Shown here: piece by piece, positions 12,298 to 22,963 of the stretch
Layout: each line of letters opens with the position of its first letter
Position numbering within the stretch: position 1 is the stretch's first letter
Origin: an uncultured Chloroflexia bacterium
GTDB lineage: Bacteria; Chloroflexota; Limnocylindria; Limnocylindrales; CSP1-4
DNA: 64,000 nucleotides
Reading direction: 5' to 3'
Assembly: GCA_963734535.1 (NCBI GenBank)
Contig: CAVTHS010000014.1
Coordinates: 256,001-320,000 of the forward strand
The notes under the pieces: model-generated
Told to the model about the DNA's origin: nothing
What the model saw: the letters and a program-made list of their open reading frames with translations, nothing else
Databases searched by the model: none
Made by a program: the position numbers and the translations under genes

Positions 12298-14757
12298 ATG
12301 AAGCGATCGAGTCGAACGCGCCTGTCTCCGCGGCCGCGGCTCCAGGCACGTCCATCGCGCCCGGGGATGTCCCGGTGGGTCGTCCAGACTGCCTCGTCGG
12401 GCTCGCTCGTCAGGTTCGCGACACCGCTGATCGCGCTCGCGATCGCGCTCTCCTCGTTCCTCCTGTTCGCGATCGAGCTGATCGTTGGAAGGCTCGTCCT
12501 CCCGGTCTTCGGTGGCGCACCGGCGTCATGGGCGACGGTGCTCGTCTTCTTCCAGGGAGTCCTGCTACTCGGCTATCTGTACGGACATCTGTCTGCCAGC
12601 AGGCTGGAGCCGCGACGCGCCGCCGCGCTCCACGTGGCGCTGGTAGTCGTCGCACTCGCGGCTCTTGCGCTGGCACCGGCCCAGCTGAGCGCCGTCCACG
12701 ATCCGACCATGCATCCGATCGCGGATTTGCTCAAGACGCTCGTGCTGGTCGTTGGGCTACCGGCGTTCCTGCTCACCACGACCACACCGCTCCTCTCGTC
12801 CTGGTATGCGCGTCTGGGCGGCGCGCGCCCTGACCCGTACTGGCTCTACGCGGCGAGCAACGGCGCCTCGTTTGCAGCGCTCCTGCTCTACCCGCTGGTC
12901 ATCCAACCGGCGCTCGGTCTCACCGACCAGCGATCCAGCTGGTCGACCGGCTTCGTGGTGCTCGGCGGGGTTCTTGTCATCGTCGCGATCATCGCCCAGC
13001 TGGGGATGACCCGGGCCGGTCGAGGGGGCGTAGCGCGGCCGCGCCACCAAGCGGGCACAGCCGAGGCACTTCCCCGAGAGGCTGAGCCGACGGACTCGAC
13101 CGGGCTGCCCGAGGTTCGATCCTCGGGTGGGGCGCTTGAAGGCATCGGAGCCGTGCGCCGGGTGCGCTGGCTCATGCTTGCTGCCATCCCGTCGGGCCTG
13201 CTCGCCGCCGTCACGAACCTGGTCGCCACAGACCTCGTGAGCGCGCCACTCCTGTGGGTCGGCCCGCTCGCCATCTACCTGCTTACGTTCGTGCTCGTCT
13301 TTTCGCCGCGCCTCCGCGTCGTGGTCCCGGCGGCGGTCGGGTTGGCCCCTGTCGCAGTGACCCTGCTCTGGGTCCCGCTCGGCTCGGCGGGCATCTGGCC
13401 CGTTGCCCCGCTCGTCGTCATCGCGTACGTCGGCTTCGCCGTCGTGGCGACCGCGCTTCACGGACGGCTCGCCGACGACCGACCGGAAGCCCGCCATCTC
13501 ACCGACTTCTACCTGGTACTGGCCGCGGGCGGCGTGATCGGTGGCGCCTTCGTCGGAATCCTCGCCCCGGTCGCCTTCTCGGGGATCTGGGAGTTCCCGA
13601 TCCTGCTGATCGCCACGCTTGTTGCGCTGGCGTGGTCGATTCCGGCGTCCGCTTCGAGGACCGAAGGGTCGGTTCCCGACGGTTCTTCCGAGCGGGCGGG
13701 TCGGGCGCCCCGCCGGCTTCGACTCCGACCGTTCGTGTCCGGTGCCCACCTTCGACTGATCCCCTACGGCATTGTGGCCACTCTGCTGGCTCTCGCGATC
13801 GCACCCGTCAGCGGGATCGGCCTCGAGGTGGCCCTCCGGTGGCTCGCGGTCGGAGGCCTCCTGCTCCTGGTCGGGGGCCAGCCACGCTTCTTCGCGCTGG
13901 CGACAGGGCTCGTGCTTGTGCTCGCCACCTTTGTTCTTCCGGGCCCGGTGCGCTTCCAGGAACGTTCGTTCTTCGGGGTGACCCGTGTGCTCGTGGCTCC
14001 GGATGGGCGATCCATCCAGCTGATGCACGGCAATACGCTCCACGGCCTGCAGGCGACGAATCCCGCGCTCCGCCGCGAACCGACGGCCTACTACGTGCGA
14101 ACGGGTCCCGCCGGCGATGTCTTCACGGTTATGCGCGAGCGTGCCGCGGGGCTCGGGCGTCCGATGATCGTGGGCATCGCGGGGCTCGGCGCAGGCGGGT
14201 TGGCGACGTACGCGGAGCTGGGTGACCAGTTCTCGTTCTACGAGATCGACCCCGTGGTCGTCCGGGTTGCCACCGATCCGGCGATGTTCACCTTCCTCGC
14301 GGACACGCCGACGCCGGCGTCGATCGTGCTCGGGGACGCGCGCCTCTCGCTTCGCGCCGTGCCCGACGGCACGCACGACATGCTCGTGATGGACGCATTC
14401 TCATCCGACTCGCCGCCCGCTCATCTCCTGACAGTTGAAGCGATGCGCGAGGCGATGCGCACGCTCGCACCGGGCGGCCTGTTGGTCGTCCACGTGTCGA
14501 ATCGCTACTACGACCTTGCGCCGGCGGTCGCGGGGGCGGCGAAAGCACTCGGGCTCACCTCGCTGCAACGCGCGTACACGCCGTCGACCGCCGATGTCGA
14601 ACGCCTGCTTGCCACCCCGTCCATCTGGGTTGTCGTGGGTCGAACACAAGCCGACGTCGCGCCCCTAACGTCTCGTGGCTGGACCCCGATTGATCCGGCA
14701 TCTCCCCTGACTGACGACAACGCGGACCTTCTGCGTCTGCTCTTCCTCTGGCGTTAG
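12298..14757 (+). CDS. Fused multi-TM / spermidine-synthase-like methyltransferase
   Basis: N-terminal TM domain (FFQGVLLLGYLYGH, DPYWLYAASNGAS) plus C-terminal LMHGNTLHG, GLGAGGLA, YEIDP, GDAR and MDAFSSD. Confidence 0.85.
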   Translation: MKRSSRTRLSPRPRLQARPSRPGMSRWVVQTASSGSLVRFATPLIALAIALSSFLLFAIELIVGRLVLPVFGGAPASWATVLVFFQGVLLLGYLYGHLSASRLEPRRAAALHVALVVVALAALALAPAQLSAVHDPTMHPIADLLKTLVLVVGLPAFLLTTTTPLLSSWYARLGGARPDPYWLYAASNGASFAALLLYPLVIQPALGLTDQRSSWSTGFVVLGGVLVIVAIIAQLGMTRAGRGGVARPRHQAGTAEALPREAEPTDSTGLPEVRSSGGALEGIGAVRRVRWLMLAAIPSGLLAAVTNLVATDLVSAPLLWVGPLAIYLLTFVLVFSPRLRVVVPAAVGLAPVAVTLLWVPLGSAGIWPVAPLVVIAYVGFAVVATALHGRLADDRPEARHLTDFYLVLAAGGVIGGAFVGILAPVAFSGIWEFPILLIATLVALAWSIPASASRTEGSVPDGSSERAGRAPRRLRLRPFVSGAHLRLIPYGIVATLLALAIAPVSGIGLEVALRWLAVGGLLLLVGGQPRFFALATGLVLVLATFVLPGPVRFQERSFFGVTRVLVAPDGRSIQLMHGNTLHGLQATNPALRREPTAYYVRTGPAGDVFTVMRERAAGLGRPMIVGIAGLGAGGLATYAELGDQFSFYEIDPVVVRVATDPAMFTFLADTPTPASIVLGDARLSLRAVPDGTHDMLVMDAFSSDSPPAHLLTVEAMREAMRTLAPGGLLVVHVSNRYYDLAPAVAGAAKALGLTSLQRAYTPSTADVERLLATPSIWVVVGRTQADVAPLTSRGWTPIDPASPLTDDNADLLRLLFLWR

Positions 14758-16028
14758 CCAGGCCGGAACGCTCCGCCCGAGAGGGCCTGGTGGTGCTGCA
14801 CCGGACGCGCCCACAGGAGAAGGGCGACGCCTGCCGTCGCCGCCAGGATCACGAGCGATCCTGCGATCCCGACCGGGCCACCGAGGGGAATGAACGAACC
14901 CGGGACTGCCGACGGCGGGATCGCGGCGACAAGGTTGGCCGTCGTCGCCACCGCGAGCACAGCCCAAGCCGCCGCGCGGGCTCGACCTGACATCGCGGCC
15001 GCCAGGAAGATCACGGCCCCGTACGAGTAGCGCTCGTGCATCGTCGTCAGGAGACAGAACGCGACGAGCACCGATGCCGCCAGTCCGAGGAGCAGCCCGT
15101 CGCGCGTCGGCCGCCGCAGAACGGCAAGGAACACCGCCAATTCGCCGAGCGCGGCCAGCGCGTACCCGATCAGGCGTGGCGTCAGCGGGCCGATGAGCCG
15201 TCCCGTGTCGGCAAGGAAGTCCCCGCCCGTGGCCGGTTCCTGGACCAGCCACCAGGCATTCCAGGCTCGGAGCGAGAGCACCGCAAATGGTCCGTTCTGA
15301 TAGCCACCGAGATTGTCCAGGTAGCGCGACGGACCGCCGTCGGCGAGGAAGGGGAGCCACACGACGGCCGCCACGCCGCCCGTGACGATCCCAAGGACCG
15401 CGGCCCGGCGCCACCCGTAGCGTCCGAGCGCGTAGGCGGCAAACGGAACAAGAAACGGGAGTGCCTGCGGCTTCGCCATGACCGCCAGTCCAAGGATCAC
15501 CGCGGCCGGGATCGGGCGGTCGGCGAGCACGAGGATCACCGCCAGCAGCCCCAGCAACACGTAGATCGATTCGAACTGCCCCCACCAGGCGCTCACGTAC
15601 CAGGTGAGCGGCAGGAACGCGACGGCCAGCGCCGCGCCGATCGCCCAGCGCGGCCGCGCGCGGAGCAGGTATGCGACCCCGAGCGCGAGCCCGATGTCCG
15701 CGACCGCCGCAGGGAGCTTGATCGCGATCCGCGCCGCGAGGTCACCTGCATCCGTGGCGGTGCCGAAGGCAGGCACGAGATGCGCCAGCGCCCAGAAGAT
15801 GTAGACCATGACCGGCGGGAACGAGAGATCGAGCCGGTACGCGTCCCCGAGCGGGAGCCCCGTCGCGAGCTGATGAACCCACCCGACGAACTGGTCCGTG
15901 TCCGCGCGCAGCCCCACCGCCGGAAGAAGCGCGAGCCGGAGGACGGCCGCGGCGACGAGCCCGACGGTGAGCCAGGCACGCTCGCGGCGGGACCACGCGC
16001 CACTGCTCGCCGGAAGGCCCGCATCCAT
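14754..16028 (-). CDS. Multi-pass GT-C glycosyltransferase (GT87/ALG-like)
   Basis: ADTDQF, SFPP, IKLPA, SAWWGQFE, MAKPQ and MHERY motifs. Confidence 0.75.
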   Translation of the reverse strand: MDAGLPASSGAWSRRERAWLTVGLVAAAVLRLALLPAVGLRADTDQFVGWVHQLATGLPLGDAYRLDLSFPPVMVYIFWALAHLVPAFGTATDAGDLAARIAIKLPAAVADIGLALGVAYLLRARPRWAIGAALAVAFLPLTWYVSAWWGQFESIYVLLGLLAVILVLADRPIPAAVILGLAVMAKPQALPFLVPFAAYALGRYGWRRAAVLGIVTGGVAAVVWLPFLADGGPSRYLDNLGGYQNGPFAVLSLRAWNAWWLVQEPATGGDFLADTGRLIGPLTPRLIGYALAALGELAVFLAVLRRPTRDGLLLGLAASVLVAFCLLTTMHERYSYGAVIFLAAAMSGRARAAAWAVLAVATTANLVAAIPPSAVPGSFIPLGGPVGIAGSLVILAATAGVALLLWARPVQHHQALSGGAFRPG

Positions 16029-16148
16029 CGCTGCAACAATGGGGTGTGGCGCGCCGGGCGGCAAGCCGCGCGGACGTGCCCGCGGCGCCGTCGACGCCGC
16101 TGTTATCTCCGCGGACGGCGCGGCGCCGTGGACGCCGCACAGCCCGCG

Positions 16149-17225
16149 CTACAGCCTCGACGTCGCCCAGTAGCGCTCCGCGGCGCCCGAACGGCCGTTG
16201 AGCCCGGCAACCTTCGCGCCGTACCCGCGGACCGCGTCCGCCATCGCGCCGGCGCTCCCGAAGAGGCGGTCCAGCTGGCTCTCGTAGAGCCGGATCCCCA
16301 TGATCTTGCGGTCGAGCATGTCCGAGATGTCGGCATACTCGGGCGTGATGGCGATGTCGGAGGGAACGCCTGCCAGGGCGCCGGCAGGCAGGTCCTCGAT
16401 CCGCCGGAAGTCGTCCCACCACGCGTACGGGAAGTCCTCGTACCAGGTGACGATCCCGGCGTACTCCGGCCCCGGCATCACCCAGCGACGGCCGAGCTCC
16501 AGGAGCGCCACGCCCACCTCGCGCACGAGCTGGTGGTCCACGTGATCGCCCACGCCAAGGGGCAGGTAGACCTTCTGCGGCTCGAGGCGCGCGATCTCGC
16601 GCACCAGGAGGTCGATCGGCGCCCGGTCGTCCGCTCGCGGCATCGCGAGAAGCTGGGCGTCGCCGTCGTAGCCACGGAAGACCGCGTCCGGGAGATCCAG
16701 GAAGACGATGGACGCCTCGGCGAAATAGGCGAAGCGCTCGTCCTCCAGGCGTCGAGCGGCCATCAGGTCGCCGCCGGCCTTCGCCTCGACAAGCGTGTCG
16801 GTAAGCACGGCCCCCTGCTGCGAGACGTCGTCCATGAGCGCCTGCCCGGCGAGCGGCCGGTTGTGGACGTCCGCCCGGCGGTACCACGACGAGCGCTGCC
16901 AGAAGCGCTTTGCGGCCGCGTCGGCGTCGGCCTGGGTCGCCTCCATGCGGTCCGCGGTGGCGAGGTACGGCGCATCGACCGCGGGGTCGAGCGGCCGGTC
17001 CGCCCGCACGTTGGAGCGGTTGAACGCCTCGGTCACCGGCCAGATCGCCTTGCTCCCGAAGCCCAGCGCCTCGCGCTGGTACGGCGTCAGCGTGCTCGTC
17101 GCGCCGTTGCCCGAGAAGACCGTGATGATCGTGACGTTCTGCCCGAGCTCGCGAAGGCTTGCGATCAGCCCGCCGCAGGAGAGCGCGACGTCGTCGGGAT
17201 GCGGTGCGACGAAGACGTGGGTCAT
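16149..17225 (-). CDS. PIG-L family deacetylase
   Basis: APHPDDVALSCGG, RRLED, GDHVDH and YEDFPY. Confidence 0.85.
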   Translation of the reverse strand: MTHVFVAPHPDDVALSCGGLIASLRELGQNVTIITVFSGNGATSTLTPYQREALGFGSKAIWPVTEAFNRSNVRADRPLDPAVDAPYLATADRMEATQADADAAAKRFWQRSSWYRRADVHNRPLAGQALMDDVSQQGAVLTDTLVEAKAGGDLMAARRLEDERFAYFAEASIVFLDLPDAVFRGYDGDAQLLAMPRADDRAPIDLLVREIARLEPQKVYLPLGVGDHVDHQLVREVGVALLELGRRWVMPGPEYAGIVTWYEDFPYAWWDDFRRIEDLPAGALAGVPSDIAITPEYADISDMLDRKIMGIRLYESQLDRLFGSAGAMADAVRGYGAKVAGLNGRSGAAERYWATSRL

Positions 17226-17366
17226 GGCCGGGGAGTATACCGACCGGTCCGCGGTCGCGGCCGCCGCCGAGCGTGGGCCGCGCGGCAGCTCGCTCGCACC
17301 GTCCAGCCGCCCGCCCGCGGCACGCTCTCCGTCCGCTCGCGCGCGCGCCGCCGCGCGCCGTCCGAT

Positions 17367-18033
17367 CTATCTCGTCCAGCCGCCCGCGCCGAGGAGCGGC
17401 ACGAAGACGCAGGGGCCGTGGTTCGTCGTCACCAGGTCGGCGCCGTGCCGCTCGACGAGGATCAGCTCCTGCTCCCACCGACCACCGACCGGGAGCACCA
17501 GCCGTCCGCCGTCGGCGAGCTGCCTGGTGAGCGCATCGGGCACGGCGGGTGCCGCCGCCGCCACGATGATCCGCGCCCACGGCGCCTCTCGTGGCGCTCC
17601 GAGGCTGCCGTCGCCGACCCGGATCTCGACGCGTTCACCGAAGCCGAGTGCCTCGAGCCGCCCGCGTGCCGCCTCGGCGAGCTCCGGGAGCCGCTCGACG
17701 CCGAGCACGTCACAGCCCATGGCCGCGAGCACCGCGGCCTGGTAGCCCGATCCCGTCCCGATCTCGAGCACACGGCCGCCCGGCGGCGGATCGAGCAGCT
17801 GGCTCATCATCGCGACCATCCAGGGCTGGCTGATCGTCTGGCCCGCCCCGATCGAGACTGCCTGGTCCGCGTACGCGAGGCCGGCACTCCCCGCGGGGAC
17901 GAACCGTTCGCGTGGCACGCCAGCCAATCGCGGACAGGACCCGCTCGTTCACGATGCCGCGCGCCCGGAGCTGCCCGCCGATCATCGCGGCGCGAGCCGC
18001 ATCGAACGTGCGCGGGTCAACCGGCCGATCCAC
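17367..18033 (-). CDS. pcm: Protein-L-isoaspartate O-methyltransferase, frameshift near 17925
   Basis: QLRARGI..ERVL, VPRERFV, GQTISQP, VLEIGTGSGYQAA, GDGSLG and CVFVPL. Confidence 0.9.
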
Positions 18034-18074
18034 GACCCGAGGATACGACGAGGGTTCGCGCGACGGCACGCGTT

Positions 18075-18421
18075 ACCAACCGGACCGGCCACCCGGTTGG
18101 TGTTGCACTGCCGGCAACAAACCGCCGGCAAGGCGCTCGTGGCGGACGGTCGCGGACCCCTGGAGACCCTGCCAGCGTGAATTCGGGGCGTTCGAAGGGC
18201 TCGTCCACCTCGGATGGTGCCCGGCGTGCAACAGAACGCCTGTCTGCCCCGCCGATCTCCGCGCCGGCTGACGTCGAGCCTGCCGTAACGCCGGTTTGTT
18301 GAATCCAGTGCAACGGCCACCGTGAGCCCTCGCATCGGGCCTGCTCGCCGGGCGCAACGGCCGCCGTGAGCCCCGCGTTCGAACAGAGAGATCGGCGGGA
18401 CCGCCGGGCGCAACGGCCGCC
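18075..18421. repeat. Intergenic array of GTTGC-N7-GCAAC palindromes and GCAACGGCC direct repeats
   Basis: Motif copies at 18102-18118, 18216-18232 and 18298-18314. The outer copies form imperfect 23-bp inverted repeats. Hairpin at 18075-18101. Confidence 0.6.
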
Positions 18422-18577
18422 GAACAGGCGCTCACCCCGGGGCGCCGGGCCGGGCCACCCGCCAACGGAGGCAGCCGGCCCCGGTGGCATCAGATCGGCC
18501 GCGACGATGCCTCCGGCCTGGCTACGTGCTCGGCGAAGGCGGCAGCGACGCGCTCGCCTCTGCGCCTCGGCTTGCTA

Positions 18578-19216
18578 CTAGCTGGGCGAAGGCGCCGGGG
18601 ACGCGCTCGGTTTCGGCGACGCGCTCGGCTTGGGCGTCGCGGACGCGGCGGCGGACGGGCCTGCGGAGGCGCTCGGTGCGGCGGACGCCTGGGGGCTCGC
18701 GGCGGGCGACGCGGATGCGCTCGGCGCCACCGACGCGGCAGGCGCCACCGACGCGACCGGCCTCGGCGTCGGGATCGGCGTCAGGACGCCGCCCTTGCCC
18801 AGCACCACCGCATTCAGGAGGATCAGCACGAAGACGGCGATGACGCCGATCACGAAGATCCCCGACGCACGGTCGTCGACGTGCACCGCGATGTCGGACG
18901 CGGTCTGGGCTCGTGCCGGCGTGGCGGGCCCCCCGCCGCGAGGGCCACGGCCCGGTGCGCGGCTGGTGGCGCTTGCTCGCCCGGCGCGCGCGGTGGTCGA
19001 CGCGACCGCGGCGGCTCCGGTGACCTCTTCGGGCTCCGTGAACGCGGCATCCTCGCCGTCGGTCTCGTCGTCGAGCGCCGAGTCCGCGCCGTTCTCGTCG
19101 TCGAGCGCCGAGTCCGCGCCGTTCTCGTCGTCCGGCTGGGCGCCGTCGTCGAGCGCCTCGTCGTCGGGCGTCCCCTCCGGGAGCGCGCCGTGCGCGCGGT
19201 CGTCCGGCTCGGTCAT
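18578..19216 (-). CDS. Hypothetical single-pass membrane protein with an acidic N-terminus and a Pro/Ser/Ala-rich tail
   Basis: D/E-rich N-terminus with a 10-aa duplication (DDENGADSAL), one TM helix (IFVIGVIAVFVLILLNAVVL) and SASP repeats. Confidence 0.7.
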   Translation of the reverse strand: MTEPDDRAHGALPEGTPDDEALDDGAQPDDENGADSALDDENGADSALDDETDGEDAAFTEPEEVTGAAAVASTTARAGRASATSRAPGRGPRGGGPATPARAQTASDIAVHVDDRASGIFVIGVIAVFVLILLNAVVLGKGGVLTPIPTPRPVASVAPAASVAPSASASPAASPQASAAPSASAGPSAAASATPKPSASPKPSASPAPSPS

Positions 19217-19421
19217 CGTGCTGCGTCACTCCATCCATGGGCGCCGCCGGGCGGCGGCGAACGCCGGGCACCGCGGATCCCGCGAGCCGGCGCCGGGGGT
19301 TGAGTGTACCGGAGCCCGGCCCGTGTGCGTGCGGAGTCGTCGGCGAGGAGTCGCCAGGCCGTCATCCACGCTCGAGACGCCCCCGAACGCACCCACGCGA
19401 GGCCGCGCCCCCGGCTCCCGA

Positions 19422-21470
19422 TCAAGCCTCGCGCAGTGGCCGGCTGGCGAGCCCGGCAAGCCCGGCCGCCAGCGTGATCACGCCGAAGACCACGAGCACC
19501 GGCCCCACCCCAGCGGCGTCGCCCAGGAGGCCGCTGGCCGCCATCGCGAACGTCATGGCCCCGAAGACCGCGGAGAACCGGAAGCCGATCACCCGCCCGA
19601 TCATGTCGCCGGGTGTCCGTTCCTGGAAGAGCGTCTGGGTCGGGATGATGAAGACCATGTTCGAGATGCCCATCGCGAACGCCAGGCCAAGCGCGAGCGG
19701 CAGGTTGTTGGTCAGGCCCAGGCCGACCACCGCGAGGCCGTACACGGCGTAGCCGCCGATCACCATCCGGCCCTTCGCGATCCGCGAACCCAGCAGGCCG
19801 ATCACGAACCCGCCGAGCAGGTTGCCGACGCCGATCGCCGTCTCGATGAAGGCGTAGGCGGCGGTCCAGTCGAGCGACCCGAGTCGCAGGACCACCTTCG
19901 CGTAGAGCGGCGTGAGCGCGATCGTCGCGCCGACCGTCAGCTGCCCCGCGACCGCCTGCAGCGTGTTGGCGAAGAGGACGGGCTCGCGACGAAGGAATCG
20001 CCAGCCGGCGGACAGGTCGGCGCGGATCCCGGCCAGCCCGGGGACGGGGTCGGCCGACCCAGCCGAGCGGACCACCGGCGGGATCACCACCACCATCACC
20101 AGGAGGGCCGACGCGACATACGACACGGAGTCGAGCCAGAACGCCAGCGGCAGCGCGCTCCCGAGGAACGCCACGAACAGCCCCGCGAAGGGATAGCCGA
20201 TGACGTCGGCCAGGGTCTCGTTGAGCCATGTCGCGGCGTTCGCCGACACGAGCTCATCCTCGTGCACGACCCTCGGCAGGACGGCCGTCCGGGCCGGCCG
20301 GAAGAAGATCGAGACGGTCGTCAGGAGGAAGACCAGCGGGTAGGCCAGCACGACGCTCACGCCGACGCCCGCGGGAATGAGCACGACGATCCCCGCGCGA
20401 ATGAGGTCGCTCGCGATCAGGACGTGCTTCTGGTTCCAGCGGTCGACCAGGACGCCCGCGAGCGGTCCGAAGAGGAGGTTCGGCAGCGTCGCCGCAACGA
20501 ACGTCAGGGCGCCCGCGATCGCCGAGTTCGTGGTCCCGTAGACAAGCGCCGCCAGCGCCACCTGGTGGATCCGGTCGCCGAAGAGGCTGATCACCTGCCC
20601 CGTCTGCAGCGCGGAGAAGGATCCGTTGACTGCGAGCCGAACGTACGGGTGATGGCGCGCCCGGATCGCGACCGTCCGGAGGACGCCGGGCAGGAGCGGT
20701 GCCGTGACGCCGCCCGACGACATCGGCGCCGGTGTTGCCAGCCCCGCGCCCGAGCCGCCCAGGATCATCGGCCGCTCCAGCGCAGCGATGCCAACCAGGC
20801 TCGCCGCGAGGCCGGTCCCTGCGCGCACGCCGCCCGTCTGCTCGGAGCCGGGCGATCCGGCCAGGACCACCGGCTGGCTCGGGTCGGCGCTTCGGAGCGT
20901 GCGGCCGTCCGACCCGACCTCGTCCGCGTGACGCACCATGCCCGCGAACAGGAAGAACCCGAGTCCGACGTCGAGGATCACGTCGCCGATCGAGAGAACA
21001 TTGCGCAGGAACGGCAGCGGAACCGGGATCACGTCGCCCAGCGGGCCCGCCGACCACATGAAGGCGGCGTCCAGGCTCGCCGGCAGGATCACGTGGATGG
21101 GCGAGAGGACGTCCGCCCGGCCGAACCCGGCCGCGACGAGGCTCGGTTCCCAGATTGGCATGAAGCCGCCGTTCACCAGGATCGCCGTGGCGTTGAGCCC
21201 GATCCCGACGAGCGCCAGGCTCATGCCCGGCCTCGCCCGGTTCGCCCACAGCCCGATGGCAAGGACGCCATAGGCGGCGGCAAGAAGCGGAACCCGCAGC
21301 GTCTCGGCGATGGCGACGTCCCGGCCCAGCGCCGCCTCGGTACCCAGGCGAAGGGCGAGCGCGCCGAAGATCACGAGCGGCCAGCGGAGGCGGATCGAGA
21401 TGAGGTTGTCGATGCGGCCGCCGACCGCGAACCCCGCGACCAGCCCGATGATCAGCCCCGCGATCAGCAC
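19422..21470 (-). CDS. DUF5317 domain fused to an MFS transporter
   Basis: N-terminal about 180 aa: GGRIDNL..IRLRW, GLNATAILVNGGFMPI, PLGDVIP and VLSIGDV (DUF5317). C-terminal MFS: GQVISLFGDRIH, AGVLVDRWNQK..LIASDLIR and TLFQERTP..MIGRV. Confidence 0.85.
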   Translation of the reverse strand: MLIAGLIIGLVAGFAVGGRIDNLISIRLRWPLVIFGALALRLGTEAALGRDVAIAETLRVPLLAAAYGVLAIGLWANRARPGMSLALVGIGLNATAILVNGGFMPIWEPSLVAAGFGRADVLSPIHVILPASLDAAFMWSAGPLGDVIPVPLPFLRNVLSIGDVILDVGLGFFLFAGMVRHADEVGSDGRTLRSADPSQPVVLAGSPGSEQTGGVRAGTGLAASLVGIAALERPMILGGSGAGLATPAPMSSGGVTAPLLPGVLRTVAIRARHHPYVRLAVNGSFSALQTGQVISLFGDRIHQVALAALVYGTTNSAIAGALTFVAATLPNLLFGPLAGVLVDRWNQKHVLIASDLIRAGIVVLIPAGVGVSVVLAYPLVFLLTTVSIFFRPARTAVLPRVVHEDELVSANAATWLNETLADVIGYPFAGLFVAFLGSALPLAFWLDSVSYVASALLVMVVVIPPVVRSAGSADPVPGLAGIRADLSAGWRFLRREPVLFANTLQAVAGQLTVGATIALTPLYAKVVLRLGSLDWTAAYAFIETAIGVGNLLGGFVIGLLGSRIAKGRMVIGGYAVYGLAVVGLGLTNNLPLALGLAFAMGISNMVFIIPTQTLFQERTPGDMIGRVIGFRFSAVFGAMTFAMAASGLLGDAAGVGPVLVVFGVITLAAGLAGLASRPLREA

Positions 21471-22885
21471 GGCTGGGCGGGGGTCAGGAAGCGTCCGTGG
21501 GTGGGCCGCCCGGCGCAGCCGGCGGAATCATCCGCGCCGCGGCCTGGGCGAGGAGCGGGACAGGTCGCGACTCGGTCGGGCGCCCGGGCGTCTGCCACGT
21601 CCTTGGCCCACGACGTGCGCACGAACGCGTCGACCATCACCGGATCGAACTGGACGCCCGCGTACTTGCGCAGCTCCGCGAGTGCCTGCTCGCGCGACAA
21701 CGGCCGCATCCGATACGGGCGCGCCGACGTCATCGCCTCGAACGCGTCGGCCACGTGGAGCACGCGCGCCAGCTTGGGGATCTCGTCGCCCATGAGCCGA
21801 TCCGGGTACCCGGAGCCGTTGTACCACTCGTGGTGGTGCCGGATGATCGGCAGCTCCGGGGCCAGCTTCCCGACGTGGGCAATGATGTTGGCCCCGATCA
21901 CCGGGTGCCGGTTCATGAGCGCCCGCTCGTCCCGCGTCAGCTTGTCCTGCTTGAGCAGCACGCTGTCCGGCACCCCGATCTTGCCGATGTCGTGCAGCAG
22001 CCCGCCCCACTCGAGGGCCTGGATCTCGTCGTCCTTCAACCGCATCACGTGCCCCATGTCCACCGAGATCAGCTGCACGCGCTCGCTGTGACCGGACGTG
22101 AAGGTATCCCTCGCATCGACTGCCTGCGCGAGTGCCCCGATGGTCTGCGTGAACATCTCCTGCACTTCGACGACTTGACGAAGTGCGACTCGCATGATGT
22201 AGATGGGCAGGACGCGAAGAAGAGAGTTGCCCACCATCCGACCTCGAGAGGCGATAGATCTGCGTCATCAGCCAAGCCAGGGGAGCGAGTGCAACCCTGT
22301 CGCGAAGAACGTCGGTCGATCCCCGAGCAAGACCGTTCTGGTCGATTGCTGCGTTCGAAGGGCGACCGTTATTGATGTGAAGCTCACGTTGAGCGCAAAG
22401 AACACAGACGCAGCCCGGCGAGCGTCGATACGAAGTCGCCGGCCGGAGCGGTTGATCCCGACGCCCGAGTTCCGTCAGGACGATCTGACGCCCGAACGTC
22501 CCGCTGCGATCGCAGGAACAACAAGTCCCGCGTGGTTGGCAAGGGTTCCGTACCACGGGACCCGACCCGAGTCTCCCGATACTCCTTGTCCCGATGGCGC
22601 GACGATCGCAGCCTGCGGCCTGGTCCTCCCAGACTCATCGCGGCGACGATTGGCGCGATCGACGTGTTGATGAGCGTAGCCCCGCGCCATCGGACTGGCA
22701 GAGCCGAGGCTAGGAGGGTCAGCCCCGTCCAGAAGACGATCCCGGCGAGGACGTCGATTGTCTCGGAGCCAAACAGGTCCAGCCGAATCTGCTATCTGAC
22801 AGGAATCACGACGACTCGTGACGACTAGCACAAGGTGCGCCGACCGTCACGAGCTCGCAATGTAGATGCTGAGGCTCTTAGGCAT
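21464..22885 (-). CDS. Membrane-sensor HD-GYP cyclic-dinucleotide phosphodiesterase; the N-terminal multi-TM sensor is frameshifted
   Basis: Intact GHSERV, LLHDIGKIG, HHHEWYNGSGYP and ADAFEAMTSARPYR. Upstream TM fragments are MPKSLSIYIA (ATG 22885, GAAGGGA RBS), FWTGLTLLASALPVR, LINTSIAPIVAAMSLGGP and VPWYGTLANHA. Confidence 0.85.
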
Positions 22886-22963
22886 CCGATCCCTTCAGGC
22901 GACCGTCGGCTGTCCTTGGACTGTAGACGTACCCGGACGAGCCGGAAGGTGAGACAGAAGTAC

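Noticed and set aside
15036-22091. Very long plus-strand ORFs (1088 aa and 1153 aa)
   Set aside because: Antisense shadows of well-supported minus-strand genes in high-GC DNA; Arg/Pro-rich with no motifs.
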